Assembly: GCF_001194135.2 (NCBI RefSeq)
Contig: NC_068987.1
Location: forward strand, 34,374,839-34,410,350
Origin: Octopus bimaculoides
Lineage: Eukaryota
Length of the DNA: 35,512 nucleotides
Reading direction: 5' to 3'
The position numbers and the translations under genes were made by a program. Every line of letters starts with the position of its first letter. The first letter of the stretch is position 1. The notes below the pieces were generated by a model that was given only the letters and a program-made list of their open reading frames with translations, ran no database searches and was not told where the DNA came from. Positions 1-10,998 of the stretch are shown piece after piece.

Positions 1-728
1 ATATACATACTCACATATGTAAATGCGTACCTACATAATTGTGCGTGCATAAGTGTGAAAATATGTGAGTTTGTGCGTGTGTACGTTAAACACAATCAGA
101 TATCAGGAATTTTGAATGATACAATTAACAAAATTACAAAAGTGAAAAGACAGTAGATTTATTGTAGAATTAGTGTGAAATGATACCTTACGTGTCTGAA
201 ATTTAAAGGCTGTTGCAATATTGTTGCAAATAGTCAAACGAAATTGATCATAACAGCGTTGAATATAAATACAATAATATTTATTAGGGAAACACGTGAG
301 AAAGCAAATATATCCCCGTTGTATATGGGCACTGTCTTTAGCATACATCATTTAACATTTGTATCCATGACTGTATGTGGATGTCTAAGTCATTCTGTTT
401 GTTTAGTGTTTGTGTCAAGTATGTATTAGGTATATGTCTGTATTGGCAAATGAGTGTATTTGAGTTAATATTTTGGGGAATTCATGAATGTATGCATATA
501 TGTTTATTTAAAACTACGTGTCTACATTTGTGCTTTAAGCAGAAATGTAAAACATCTAATTTAGAATCGATTACTACGTATTTGTGTACACAATATTCAG
601 TAATATATTTAATATACGCAACTATGAAGTAACGTTGTTTATACCACCGTAGTATCATACATATGTATGCAAACGCATACTCAAATTTGTTAATATGAAT
701 ATATATCTATGTGTGTGCATGTATTTAT

Positions 729-729
729 G

Positions 730-763
<34 letters not shown>

Positions 764-812
764 CGCGTGCGTGCGCGCGTGCGCGTGCGAGTGTGTGTGT
801 GGTGTGTGTTCG
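729..812. repeat. Compound (TA)n/(TG)n/(CG/TGCG)n alternating purine-pyrimidine microsatellite
   Basis: Directly visible: atatat...gtgtgt...gcgcgtgcgtgcgcgcgtgcgcgtgcg. Confidence 0.95.
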
Positions 813-1035
813 TGTTCATATGGATACCCGTGGGTATGCATTTCTAAGACGGTCATCTGATCAATATGTATCTTATCTCTGTGTATGTGCCTCAATTCTG
901 GTATGAGATTTTCTGTGGCTTTGTAGACCAGATTTACCGTTAAAGATTTGACCACATAGTTTGCTTCCTAGTTTTGTTTGCGGCTTGAAATGCTTGTGGT
1001 GTCTGATCTTACTTAAAATTGAAATATTTCTTCAG

Positions 1036-1127
1036 ATTACTCTTCAAATTTTTTTGGCATATTGGGAATTGATAAGGACAAAATGATGTGTATGTTCTAT
1101 GAGCAGTGTGTTAACCTGCGCTCTTAT
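1036..1127 (+). CDS. Candidate internal coding exon, product unknown: (D)YSSNFFGILGIDKDKMMCMFYEQCVNLRSY, phase 1 to 0
   Basis: Acceptor tatttcttcag with no other AG for about 60 nt upstream; donor TAT|gtgagt; 92 nt with only one of three frames open. No homolog recognised. Confidence 0.5.
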
Positions 1128-1789
1128 GTGAGTTTTTATTCTTGATTCAAACATGCAGATATTGACACAAAATGTACAAGTAGAAAAAAATTACACTCCC
1201 GTACTGGTATTTTTGTTTCTTATTTTCATCTTAATTTGTACATGTGTTAGCCTGTTTTGCTTAATCGTTTTCACAATATACCATGTTTCAATTCAATGCA
1301 AATAATCCTCTGCGAAGTTTTCTAGAATTTTTAATGAATTTCAATATTCTTCATATTCTTCAATGCAACTTAAACATTATTCTTTGGCTTAGATTGTTTC
1401 CTGTTTCCCTGAAAATGTTCCCCAAAAAACAATTGTTTATGGGTAATTTCTTCGACCACGCGGATAATATGTACAGACCATTTCATTTCATTTTTCAAAA
1501 TTATTGCCTGGACGCAACAAATATCACATGCAGCAAGAACAGTAGAGGCGGGAGTTAAAAAATTCCATTTAATTTGCTGAATAATGTGAACGTATTTTTC
1601 ACGGAGTTATTCCAAAAATGTGAAATGATGTCCGTAACATGTTCAAGTTTCAGAAGAACATTCATGAGAGGATAAAAAATATAGGCAGATATATTTGTTT
1701 AATTGTTAATTTGTCTTTGTAACCAAACCCGATTATCTGTGATCCAAATGACATCATTGCTTTCTGAATCCCTAGAAATGTTTTTAGTC

Positions 1790-2190
1790 CAACCATACGA
1801 TGATAACTGTTCACATATATGTTAGGTTGCTGCATAACTTGAACAGGTAGAGATTGACACACAACTACCATTTTCTTTAGATTTATACTTAAACCAACTT
1901 TATCGCATGCCAAATGAAATGTAATGGTTAACGAATTTAATCCATGATCTGTATGACTAAAAAGGTTACATTCATCATATTAGAGAAGGACTTATATTTG
2001 TGAGCAGAACATTTTGCTCTTTAATTCCATACTTGCTAGATTATAAACATCTACTGTGATACGATATACCCCACTCCCATTCTTGTTTTGGAGGACAAGA
2101 TTGTGCATGGTAGGGAAATACAAGAGAATGGGTGCATCAGGGTCTCCGCTCAACTCTACCCTCCACAAGAAAAGGCTCAGAAAGTGTAAG
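1790..2190 (-). mobile_element. Degenerate LINE reverse-transcriptase fragment, RTE-like
   Basis: Minus translation: APILLYFPTM...GVYRI...DVYNLASMELKSK...VLL*YDECNLFSHTDHGLNSLTITFHLACDKVGLSINLKKMVVVCQ...QPNIYVN. This matches the RTE RT pattern APTLF...GVYIRYR...LFNL...LLFADDCAL.AHS...AC..FGLTISLKKT.VM.Q, with stops and frameshifts. Confidence 0.75.
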
Positions 2191-2261
2191 CAGTGTTTTC
2201 TTTGGCCGTCATTTCTTTATGAAAGGCCTTCAATATATTTTCGATATGTAGCTTTCATATA

Positions 2262-2322
2262 CGTATGTGTGTGTGTGTGTGTGTATGTGCGTGTGTGCGT
2301 GTGTGTGTTGTGTGTCTGCGTG
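2262..2322. repeat. (TG)n microsatellite
   Basis: Directly visible. Confidence 0.95.
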
Positions 2323-4104
2323 CTTCCATGCCTTATTCTTTGATTCTGTTAAAATAAAATGACCACCAATTTTATTTGTTCTTCAAAACGAAGAAAATAT
2401 ACAGCATGTTATCGATAGGAAACTGATACATAATATTGTCTGTGGAACATTGTGCAACTGATTTATTGCAGACACATACACCTAATTGTCTCTATCAAAA
2501 CTGATAACCTCATGTAAGATGTATAATCCTCTCTAATAACTATTTTTGAATACACTATAATTTACTAAAGAAGTTTCGAATATCTAAAGTTTTCTGAATA
2601 ATGAAGCATATCTCCGCTCATCAATCCCCTTAATTACCATTCAATATTTGTGTAACTGCAAATAGTTCACTTAGAATCCTCTCCAAAATTTCAACACACT
2701 TTAGGTGCTCAGGTGCGCTCACTTGATACAATTTCAGAAGAAATCAGCCAACATATCGCCAACATATTCACTTTTCATTTTTATCAAACTCACAAGCTAA
2801 AACACACGCATAAACATTGACTTGAATTCAACCAGCTTAGCTTCATTGATATTTCTCATATTGTTCTGAAACTATCCTCTTCAAAGTGATTAACATATTT
2901 CTCTACTAAAGTATATCACAATATTTCGGTTTCAAGAAGCTGTTATCAAATGGAAGTTGAGAATCGTTTTAATTTCCATACAGATATTCCAATTTCGCGT
3001 TCATGTGACATGCTGAAATAGTGGTCATTCAAATTTGCTTAAAGAAAAGTTTGTCTGTTGTGGGGGACAGCTTGGCTCATTCTTAAAATAACTATAGTCT
3101 CCATCCCTATGATTGTCTCCGTAACGTTCTGGTCAGGAATTTTTTTTCGGGGTAAAGAATGAATACGTAGTTTATTAATGTTACTGTTGACATAAAATCA
3201 ATTACCCAAATTTATGCTCCCTACTTCTCTAAGAAATCTGGCAAATATACATGTATAAGATACACTACGCGATACCGAAAATATAGCCCCACATTTTTTG
3301 AGAGAGAGCAGTCTGGTCACTGAATACCAAGCACTACATATAAATATTCAAACCGTACTACTGCTATAGTATATAAATTTTCACTATCTGACAGTTTTAG
3401 AAACACTCGCATACTGCTGATTTCGAGGAGGCCACATTCTATAAAAATAACAAGATATTTGTCATCGAGTATCCCCTTCCAGTATGGTGTGTGATGGTAG
3501 TATTGATCAATAATCCCCCGAAAGAAGTTTTCCACTGAACATTATTTCGGTAATATTCTTCCTGAAATATAATTGATGCAGATGAACTCTTATTTAAAGA
3601 AAATCACGTAAAGAAATGCAGCAGAATTAAGGTGTAAAAGTGTATGCGTTGGCCTAGATAAATAAAGAAAACCTAATTTATTACCTTGCGAATAAGTCTG
3701 TATAGGTCTCTACTAGATGAGAGAAGACGATAGTGGAGTAACACGCAACGGCTACATTCACAGGTCCGTATAGGTATTAGCTGGAAAACAAAGGATACAG
3801 GTAGAGGAAGAAACAATCCAAAATATACAAAAGTGTCTTCTTATTGCATAATATCACAAGAGATGACGTAACAGTGTATTGACCGGAGCCATGAAAGCTA
3901 GAGAAAGATAATTTTAAATTTGAAGTTTAAAGTGGTCATTCTTAAGTACCACTATCTACACACGATTTTGTATTAAGAATGTAGCCATAGGACACCTACG
4001 ATCCCTACATGTGGTATGATTATTGCATATTTTCTCCTTACAGAGGGTGTTTAAACCTAAGAGATTGAAATATACGGATATATATGTAAAAATAATATTA
4101 AATA

Positions 4105-4275
4105 TATACACACAGACACACACACATAGCCACACACACAGCCCCTCATACAAGTCCTATCATATATATATATATGTATGTGTGTGTGCGTGTGTGTGTA
4201 TGTGTGTGTGTGTGTGTGTCTGTGTGTGTATGTATGTGTGTGTGGATGTTTACATGTCTGAGTTTGTGAGTGTGA
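4105..4275. repeat. (CA)n, (TA)n and (TG)n compound microsatellites
   Basis: Directly visible; explains ORFs 4023..4316, 4057..4299 and 3956..4153. Confidence 0.9.
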
Positions 4276-4592
4276 GAGGTAGGCATACTTGTGTGTCATT
4301 ATGTGAGACTAGATAATGTCTTTTGAAACGTCATTTTGGCAACATGTTTCTAATTCTCTACTCTTCATAGAAATGTATCGTTCTTCGTTAGCACAAACGT
4401 ATGTCCACGCATATACATGTCGTAATGGTTATTTGCATCGTAATTCTTCAACATTCTTTTGAAATCAAACTACCGAATCACAATACGTTGGGATTTTATT
4501 GTACTTCGAAATTTCCAAAATTGTTCAAATATTTTATATTATGTCTTATGTTGCTGGTGTATCTTTACATAACTAATATTTTCCACCACCAG

Positions 4593-4608
4593 ATAATTCA
4601 TCCTGCCG
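4593..4608 (+). CDS. Candidate 16-nt microexon ATAATTCATCCTGCCG (IIHPA plus 1 nt if phase 0)
   Basis: Branch-like aactaat, acceptor ttttccaccaccag, donor CCG|gtaagt, and no AG dinucleotide from 4392 to 4590. Confidence 0.35.
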
Positions 4609-4847
4609 GTAAGTGTTATAGAAAATAGTAACGTTATATACATACGCTCCCAATCACAGGCACACACGTGACGCACTTACACGCACATAACAGAATAGAT
4701 TATTGTATTTAATATTATGTTTTTCCTTTTAAGATACGGTTACATAGCTTGTAATATAAATACATTTGCATACATATATACATACAACAATTGCATTTGC
4801 ATTCCTAGGCTTCTAAATAGGCACACTCTAATCGTGTCTCTCTGTCA

Positions 4848-5251
4848 CATATATATATATATATATATATANNNNNNNNNNNNNNNNNNNNNNNNNNNNN
4901 NNNNNNNNNNNNNNNNNNNNNNNNNNNNNNNNNNNNNNNNNNNNNNNNNNNNNNNNNNNNNNNNNNNNNNNNNNNNNNNNNNNNNNNNNNNNNNNNNNNN
5001 NNNNNNNNNNNNNNNNNNNNNNNNNNNNNNNNNNNNNNNNNNNNNNNNNNNNNNNNNNNNNNNNNNNNNNNNNNNNNNNNNNNNNNNNNNNNNNNNNNNN
5101 NNNNNNNNNNNNNNNNNNNNNNNNNNNNNNNNNNNNNNNNNNNNNNNNNNNNNNNNNNNNNNNNNNNNNNNNNNNNNNNNNNNNNNNNNNNNNNNNNNNN
5201 NNNNNNNNNNNNNNNNNNNNNNNNNNNNNNNNNNNNNNNNNNNNNNNNNNN

Positions 5252-5297
<46 letters not shown>
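4848..5297. other. Assembly gap (N 4872-5251) flanked by (AT)n and (CT)n
   Basis: Directly visible. Confidence 0.99.
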
Positions 5298-5298
<1 letters not shown>

Positions 5299-5731
5299 AA
5301 CTCAGATTTATGCATTTTGTTTCAATGATATTTGTTGTTACTTTTCTCAAGAAATTGTTTATGTGCATTGTTAAATAGTTTCCACTTTTCTTTTGAATTG
5401 ACGTTATTTATTACCGTTTACTCATTTAAATTTTGACAAGATTTCTATAATACGTTTGGAAAAAATGGAATCTCAGAATAGCTCATAAATCTCCTGCGGT
5501 AAATAAGAACAGTAAATCCAAGATGAATTTGTATTTGAATATTTTCTGAAAATAATCAACTTATTAGGCAAGAATGGCCATTTTAATTGTGAAAGTATTA
5601 ACTTCTAATGCATTTTTGTTTTTGTTTGTGGTATTTAGTAAAGTGACAGTGATTAAGATAGTGCCGAACACTCAAGAATGTTATAGTTTGTTGATTGCTT
5701 TATTGTTGTTGTTTTTGTTGTTGCTATTCAG

Positions 5732-5808
5732 AATATTCATATCGATCAATTTCAAGCTTTACTCAGTCTATAACGAATGTGGTTACGTATCATGGATCGT
5801 CAGCTTGA
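5732..5808 (+). CDS. Candidate terminal exon: NIHIDQFQALLSL* (phase 0, stop 5771-5773) or (E)YSYRSISSFTQSITNVVTYHGSSA* (phase 1, stop 5806-5808)
   Basis: T-rich acceptor ttgttgttgctattcag; AATAAA at 5955-5960 downstream. Linkage to the upstream exons is inference. Confidence 0.3.
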
Positions 5809-6977
5809 TTTAAGCATCACATCTGAGGCATTTAAAACGTCTCTGTGATATATTTGAAAAAAATCTGGACGAGTAATGATGTGATGGAAAATGCTGTTGC
5901 AACCCTATAAATTTCAACATCTTGAATGTATTTTGGAGATCAAATATTGTCTGAAATAAATATCTCAGATTACCACAGCAGGAAACAAATCTAGATAGTA
6001 TATATCACTAGTAATACTGTTGCAAATGAAAATGAGAAGTTGCCTCTTTAAGCCCTTATGTACATTATGTTTCAGAATTCCCCTCATCGATATTTTGCTG
6101 GATGTCTATATAGTTTGAACAAAATGGAAATCAAAAAAATGTCAAATACAAATCCTGTATTATCTAGAATCCACTCCTATTCCAATCATATGCTAGATCT
6201 TTTAACAGCCTTCTCTCTATCTTCAGGCACCATCCTGTAAACGTTTTGTTAAAAATTATGCAGCAAAGGCAGACCTTTTCGTATCTCAGCCATCAGGAAA
6301 TCGAAAACTTTCCAAAATAATTTAGAGTCTGAACATGATTTCTCTCTACGGCTATGCAAGAGTAAAGATTAGCATTATTAGAATAACGTATTGGCGTTGT
6401 AAATCTTAAATTTTATTCTAATCGATATCAGTCAATGCTTTTGCAAAATTGAGAACAAAGGAAACTTATGATAACGTGCTGTTGATCCAGAGTGATTAGG
6501 AATATAAAACTTTGGTCATGCAGCAATTACTTTTCCTAAATCTCTCTTTCTACAACCCGAAGATTGTTTCTTGAGCATTTATAATTTCTCAAGAAACACC
6601 ATTGCGTGTACATTCCTAAGTATTGACAGAAATAACATGCCACTATTTTAGCCTTTGTAATTTTATCTCCAGAGTAGTTTCACATTTTATTCCTTTTTTT
6701 TTACAAAATATATACTCTCCTTTTCATACGTGTACTCTATAGGGAGTCAGTGGTCATATAGATATCTCATTTGAGGTAGTTATGGCCAATTCCGTTTGGA
6801 ATTGCTGTTTTTCAACTTTTCTTCTTATTGAGTGACTCTATAATTCCGTCAGTGGGATACGTGTTTCAATTGTAGAACACTACATTTCACAGTACTGTTC
6901 AAGCTTTAAATAATTGTCAGTCTAATATTTACGTAATTCCCTGTCGTCTGTGCTTGGATATTGCTCTGTAGAATTTC

Positions 6978-7068
6978 TTAAATATTGTACAATGTACTCC
7001 ATTTTCCGTATTCTAGTTGTTTCTGTCTTTCCATGTGCAATAACTCGCCAGAAACGATTGCAAATATC
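6978..7068 (-). CDS. Candidate exon: phase-2 reading (T)IFAIVSGELLHMERQKQLEYGKWSTLYNI*. Alternative phase-0 reading DICNRFWRVIAHGK...DDREL to a donor at 6932
   Basis: Strong acceptor with branch motif actgactcttgcttttgcag; minus-strand AATAAA at 6686-6691. Confidence 0.3.
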
Positions 7069-7235
7069 CTGCAAAAGCAAGAGTCAGTAATATCACAAAT
7101 GGTTTGGTACTAACCGCACATAACTATTGTCTATTCGACAAGTACGTATTAAGCATCTTCTACAATGCGATAGTTGTTGACCTCATCTACTCTGTCTACT
7201 TCTTGTCCCAGGACCCACACATGAAAACGTAGAGC

Positions 7236-7573
7236 TGTAGGGAATTAGTAATAATGGTAAACCCTTCCCACTTGACGAGTGGAATGAAACAGTCACTATA
7301 AGTAAAGTTGATGTCGGCCAGTATCAACAGTACGTAGAGTAACAGAATACGCGTAGATTGTGCTTATAGTCGTGTCTGTACTCATAAAGTAAATTATACT
7401 GGATGGACGTTCTAACGATCCAGCTTTTTGAGTATAATACAATGTACGAGTGGGGGTTGTACAATGCCAGATGGAAACATTATATCGACGACTTCGGAAT
7501 ATAACAATATCAATCAGAGCGAAAATCGTCATACAAAGACAGATAAACAGTGGCAAAAGAGCGCTATATAACA
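7236..7573 (+). repeat. 5' LTR (TGTAGGG...TATAACA) followed by degenerate PBS-like GTTGTGACGAGG
   Basis: Aligns by eye with 10185-10517: shared blocks taataatggta.accctt, tgacgagt, agtcactataagt, atagtcgtgtctgt, attatatcgac.acttcggaatataacaatatc, cgct.tataaca. Confidence 0.85.
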
Positions 7574-9741
7574 GTTGTGACGAGGATAAACTAATTCATG
7601 TGGAGTCAATATAAACTTGTAGAGGAGTTAAGAAAATCAGAAGTGTTTTTGCTGTGTAAAGTTTACGAAAAATCGTAAAATTATAGAAGATTTAATGGCC
7701 TGCTTGCTTGAGTTAAAAAAGCAGCAGCAACAACAGTAGTTGAAAGAACAACAGCAGATACAACTACAAGAACAACAATAGAAGCAACGACAAAGGGAGC
7801 TACAACAGCAAGAACAATAACAAAAGTGAAGCTAACAACAATTAATATTACAGCAACAAATGCGGAAGTTACTGAAGTCATCAGGAAAACCTAAAAGACT
7901 GTTCTCACAGACTAAGTTGTGAATTCAATAACTGAATTCAAATACGAATCTGACGAAGGAGTTTCCTTGGAAGCATACTACAAAAGATACAGACAAATCT
8001 TTGAAAAAGTAAATAGAGGTTGGGACAAGATGAAAGCTTGCTTAATGTTGAGAAAAATAACGCCAACAGTACATGAACGATACCGTAATAGATATAGTGT
8101 GTAAGATTTTCAGTGAAAAAAAGCTCACTATTCAACAAACGTTGGAAATGTCTGAACACATAGAAAAAAACAAAAAACAACAACGAAGATTTCATCACAT
8201 ATGTTGGTACAGCAAACACGTAATGGGAGAATATTAAGCTGGATAAATTAACTCCAGATATGTTCAAATGCCTAAGTTTTACACGGGGACTAACTACCGA
8301 AAGGGACGCAGAAGTCAGAACTAGAATTCTTGCAATGATTTTGCAAAGTCATGTGTAAACCTGCAAAAAGTGTCTGAAGAATGTAAAGGGATACTTAAAT
8401 TAAGACACGACACAGAGGAAATTGACCGTAAAGATTGTTTCCAAGTAAACATATTATATCGGTAAATGCTTGTGTAACGTAACATTTTGAGGTCAAACGA
8501 AAGAGGCCAAGATATATGTATTATATGTATTAAAACATTCACTTAATTTATTTGGCAGAGAGTGGATTCAACTCTTTAAGTTATGGGACACACTCACATG
8601 TGCTTTGTGCAGAAATATTGTCGCCTCAGTCGAAGGTTCAAATGAGGCGAAAAGGCTGAAACAAAAAATTGCAGTGGAAAACGAAACACTTGCATGTAAG
8701 ACAAAAATAAATGTACCATTTGCAGCAATACACCAGGTTAACAAAGACTTGGTAAGATTGGAAAGTCTTGGTGTAATTGAAAAGAATGACCACGCAGACT
8801 GTTCAACACCGATGGTTTACGTGTAAAAGAAAAATGGAAATAAAGTGTCTGTACACGTTTTTCAATCTGGTGAACGACTTGATCATTACACATGCTTAAA
8901 TTTGTTTAACATTAACACACACCATGGCTTATAATATATTTAAGCAGCTCCCCTTTAGTGTTAAGTTAAAGTGGAAATTCTTGCTGAAAAATAAAAATCA
9001 AATCCTTAGGACAAGTAATTGATAACAAGGGAAAGCATTTTGTGTGTAGCAAATTCAAAAAATATTGTGAAATGTTCGCAGTAGAAGATATAACTACTCC
9101 GGCATACTATCTTAGAACTAATGAACAGGCAGAGTACTTTCTTGATACTTTCAAAACAATGGATGCGAAAGCTCTTCAATGATTTTTAAATGTAACACCA
9201 AATCCGAATACACCAGAAGGTAGCACACTATAGGAGATGATGTTTGCAAGGAAATTAATGTCAGTTTATGGTAAATTGCTACATAGAAAGAAAAGAAAAA
9301 GTGCCAAGGAAGACATAGCAAGATTTTTAAGGTTGGTGATAAGGCGTGTGATGGTAGTGACATGACTATTATATACGAAAAACATGTGTAAATATAACGG
9401 CACACCGATTTTCTTTAAATTTACATTGGTAGCGCATGGTGTTACGGGAAAAAAGATTATATATTATCGGTGAATGCATATGTAACGTAACATTTCGAGG
9501 TCAAACGAAAGAGGCTAAGATATACGTATTAAATGTATTTAAACATTCATTAATTTATTTGGCAGAGGGTGGACAAAACTATTTAATTTATAGAATAAAA
9601 CCACAAATGTTTTGTATAGATATATAATCACCTCAGTCGAAGATTCAGATGAGGCCAAAAGGCTGATTGCAGTATAATACGAAACGCCTGTATGTAGGCC
9701 AAAAGGAAATGTACCGTTTGCAATTCACAAAGAACTGAAAC

Positions 9742-9868
9742 AACTGGACATACAAAAGTGGATAGCGAAATTACCAACTACATAGGTAAAATGATATATT
9801 GGAAAAGAACTGGACATACAAAAATGGATAGCGAAATTACCAACTACATAGGTAAAATGAGATATTGG
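9742..9868 (+). repeat. 66-bp tandem duplication inside the integrase C-terminal region
   Basis: aactggacatacaaaa(g/a)tggatagcgaaattaccaactacataggtaaaatga(t/g)atattgg at 9742 and 9808. Confidence 0.95.
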
Positions 9869-10184
9869 TTAAAAAGTAGGAATGATATACATAAGAGACA
9901 CGGGAGCCAACTGAAAAAGAGATTCGTAGAAAGTGAACCAATGTAGTTACAGCAACCGATAGAATGGGTGTACGATACGTTCCTAGTATCAACGCCACTG
10001 TAGGTGATGGAACCCAGGCGTACAAGTGAAATGATTAGAAATCATACAGAGTTCCAGAAAATAGACGCCAAGAAAGAAATATTAAATTTTTCGAAAAGAT
10101 ATCCCCAAAAAGGGAGATGGGTTGAATAAGAGTATCATTGCTAAATAAAATGATACTTCCTAAGAAAAATCTTAAAATTGGAGA

Positions 10185-10517
10185 TGATGGAATTAATAAT
10201 AATGGTACACCCTTCTCACGTGACGAGTAGAACTAGTCACTATAAGTGAGGTGATGTGGGTTAGTATCAAAGAGTACGTAGCGTACTGTGCTGATAGTCG
10301 TGTCTGTGCTGATATAGTAATTATACTGTGTTACCTAATGGACAATATAACGACCTAACCTTTTCCAGATCGTAACACTGTACGTCCCCTAGTCGTACAG
10401 TGCCGAATAGAAAGATTATATCGACAACTTCGGAATATAACAATATCTGTTATATTCCAAATAGACAACTGTTGTACGAAAACAAATACAACAGTAATAA
10501 AGGACCGCTTTATAACA
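10185..10517 (+). repeat. 3' LTR (TGATGG...TATAACA) preceded by a degenerate purine-rich PPT-like stretch
   Basis: Homology to 7236-7573; upstream aaaattggaga. Confidence 0.85.
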
Positions 10518-10962
10518 CATAGGACAATGTATTGCATGAATATGGTACATAGACTACACTCACTACAATAGAGATTGTAACTCTCCACCTCAAACAAATT
10601 TGAATATACCAAACCACAAAATGTTGTGTCCTGTTGTGCAGTGAAAGCATACAATCAAATACAAACGCTCGCTTATAATAATTATGAACTTGACACTATA
10701 ATTTCATTTTATTCTTGTCAAATAACAAGTTATTTCATGTATTATAAAACAACCATTACGGACTTTGTTGCTTAGTGCTAGATGACTTTGTAGATCTAAA
10801 ATTTGCATAGCTGCTATCTAGAAACCTGTCACTTCTGACTGATTGGATCTTTAATTAAAAGCATTGCTGTTATAAGTGCTGCGATTATTTATAATGTAAT
10901 TTCAAAATTAGTTCCACTTTATCCAATGTAGCCAACGAATATGAGGAAGATATTGAATTTAC

Positions 10963-10998
10963 GTATTAAAGTTCAAGTAACCACGCAAATGTTCCATC
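10963..10998 (-). CDS. Candidate 36-nt exon (x)MEHLRGYLNFN(T), phase 2 to 2
   Basis: Acceptor cctttgtattattcttcag; donor TAC|gtaaat; only one frame open. Confidence 0.35.

Larger units (their letters stand above)
7236..10517 (+). mobile_element. Decayed Gypsy/Ty3-type LTR retrotransposon (K02A2.6/Mag-like), internally deleted and rearranged
   Basis: Two homologous TG...CA LTRs. Gag-like ESDEGVSLEAYYKRYRQIFEK...LMLRKITPTVHERY; protease-region IGECICNVTFRGQTKEAKIYVL; RT start VPFAAIHQVNKDLVRLESLGVIEK...STPMVYV; integrase-like FKKYCEMFAVE...RTNEQAE and C-terminal IGKMIY...IHKRHGSQLKKR. Many stops and frameshifts. Confidence 0.9.

Noticed and set aside
3680-3707. Minus-strand microexon-like site (x)TYTDLFA
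   Set aside because: It would need a non-canonical GC donor at about 7048 to link to the chain and would overlap the plus-strand candidate gene. There is no independent support.
4044-4085. Plus-strand 42-nt exon-like RVFKPKRLKYTDIY
   Set aside because: The acceptor is good, but the donor (TAT|gtaaaa) is weak and sits in an AT-repeat edge. Possible, but not supportable.
4717-5328. ORFs spanning N gaps (also 12729-12975, 16624-16977, 21245-21766, 31967-32288, 33966-34411)
   Set aside because: They are open only because of N runs and dinucleotide repeats.
10963-10998. RasGEF gene assignment from MEHLRGYLNFNTIFAIVSG
   Set aside because: The flanking candidate exons lack the other Cdc25-domain motifs (for example the I.RL..TW and PCIPYLG blocks), so no gene symbol is given.
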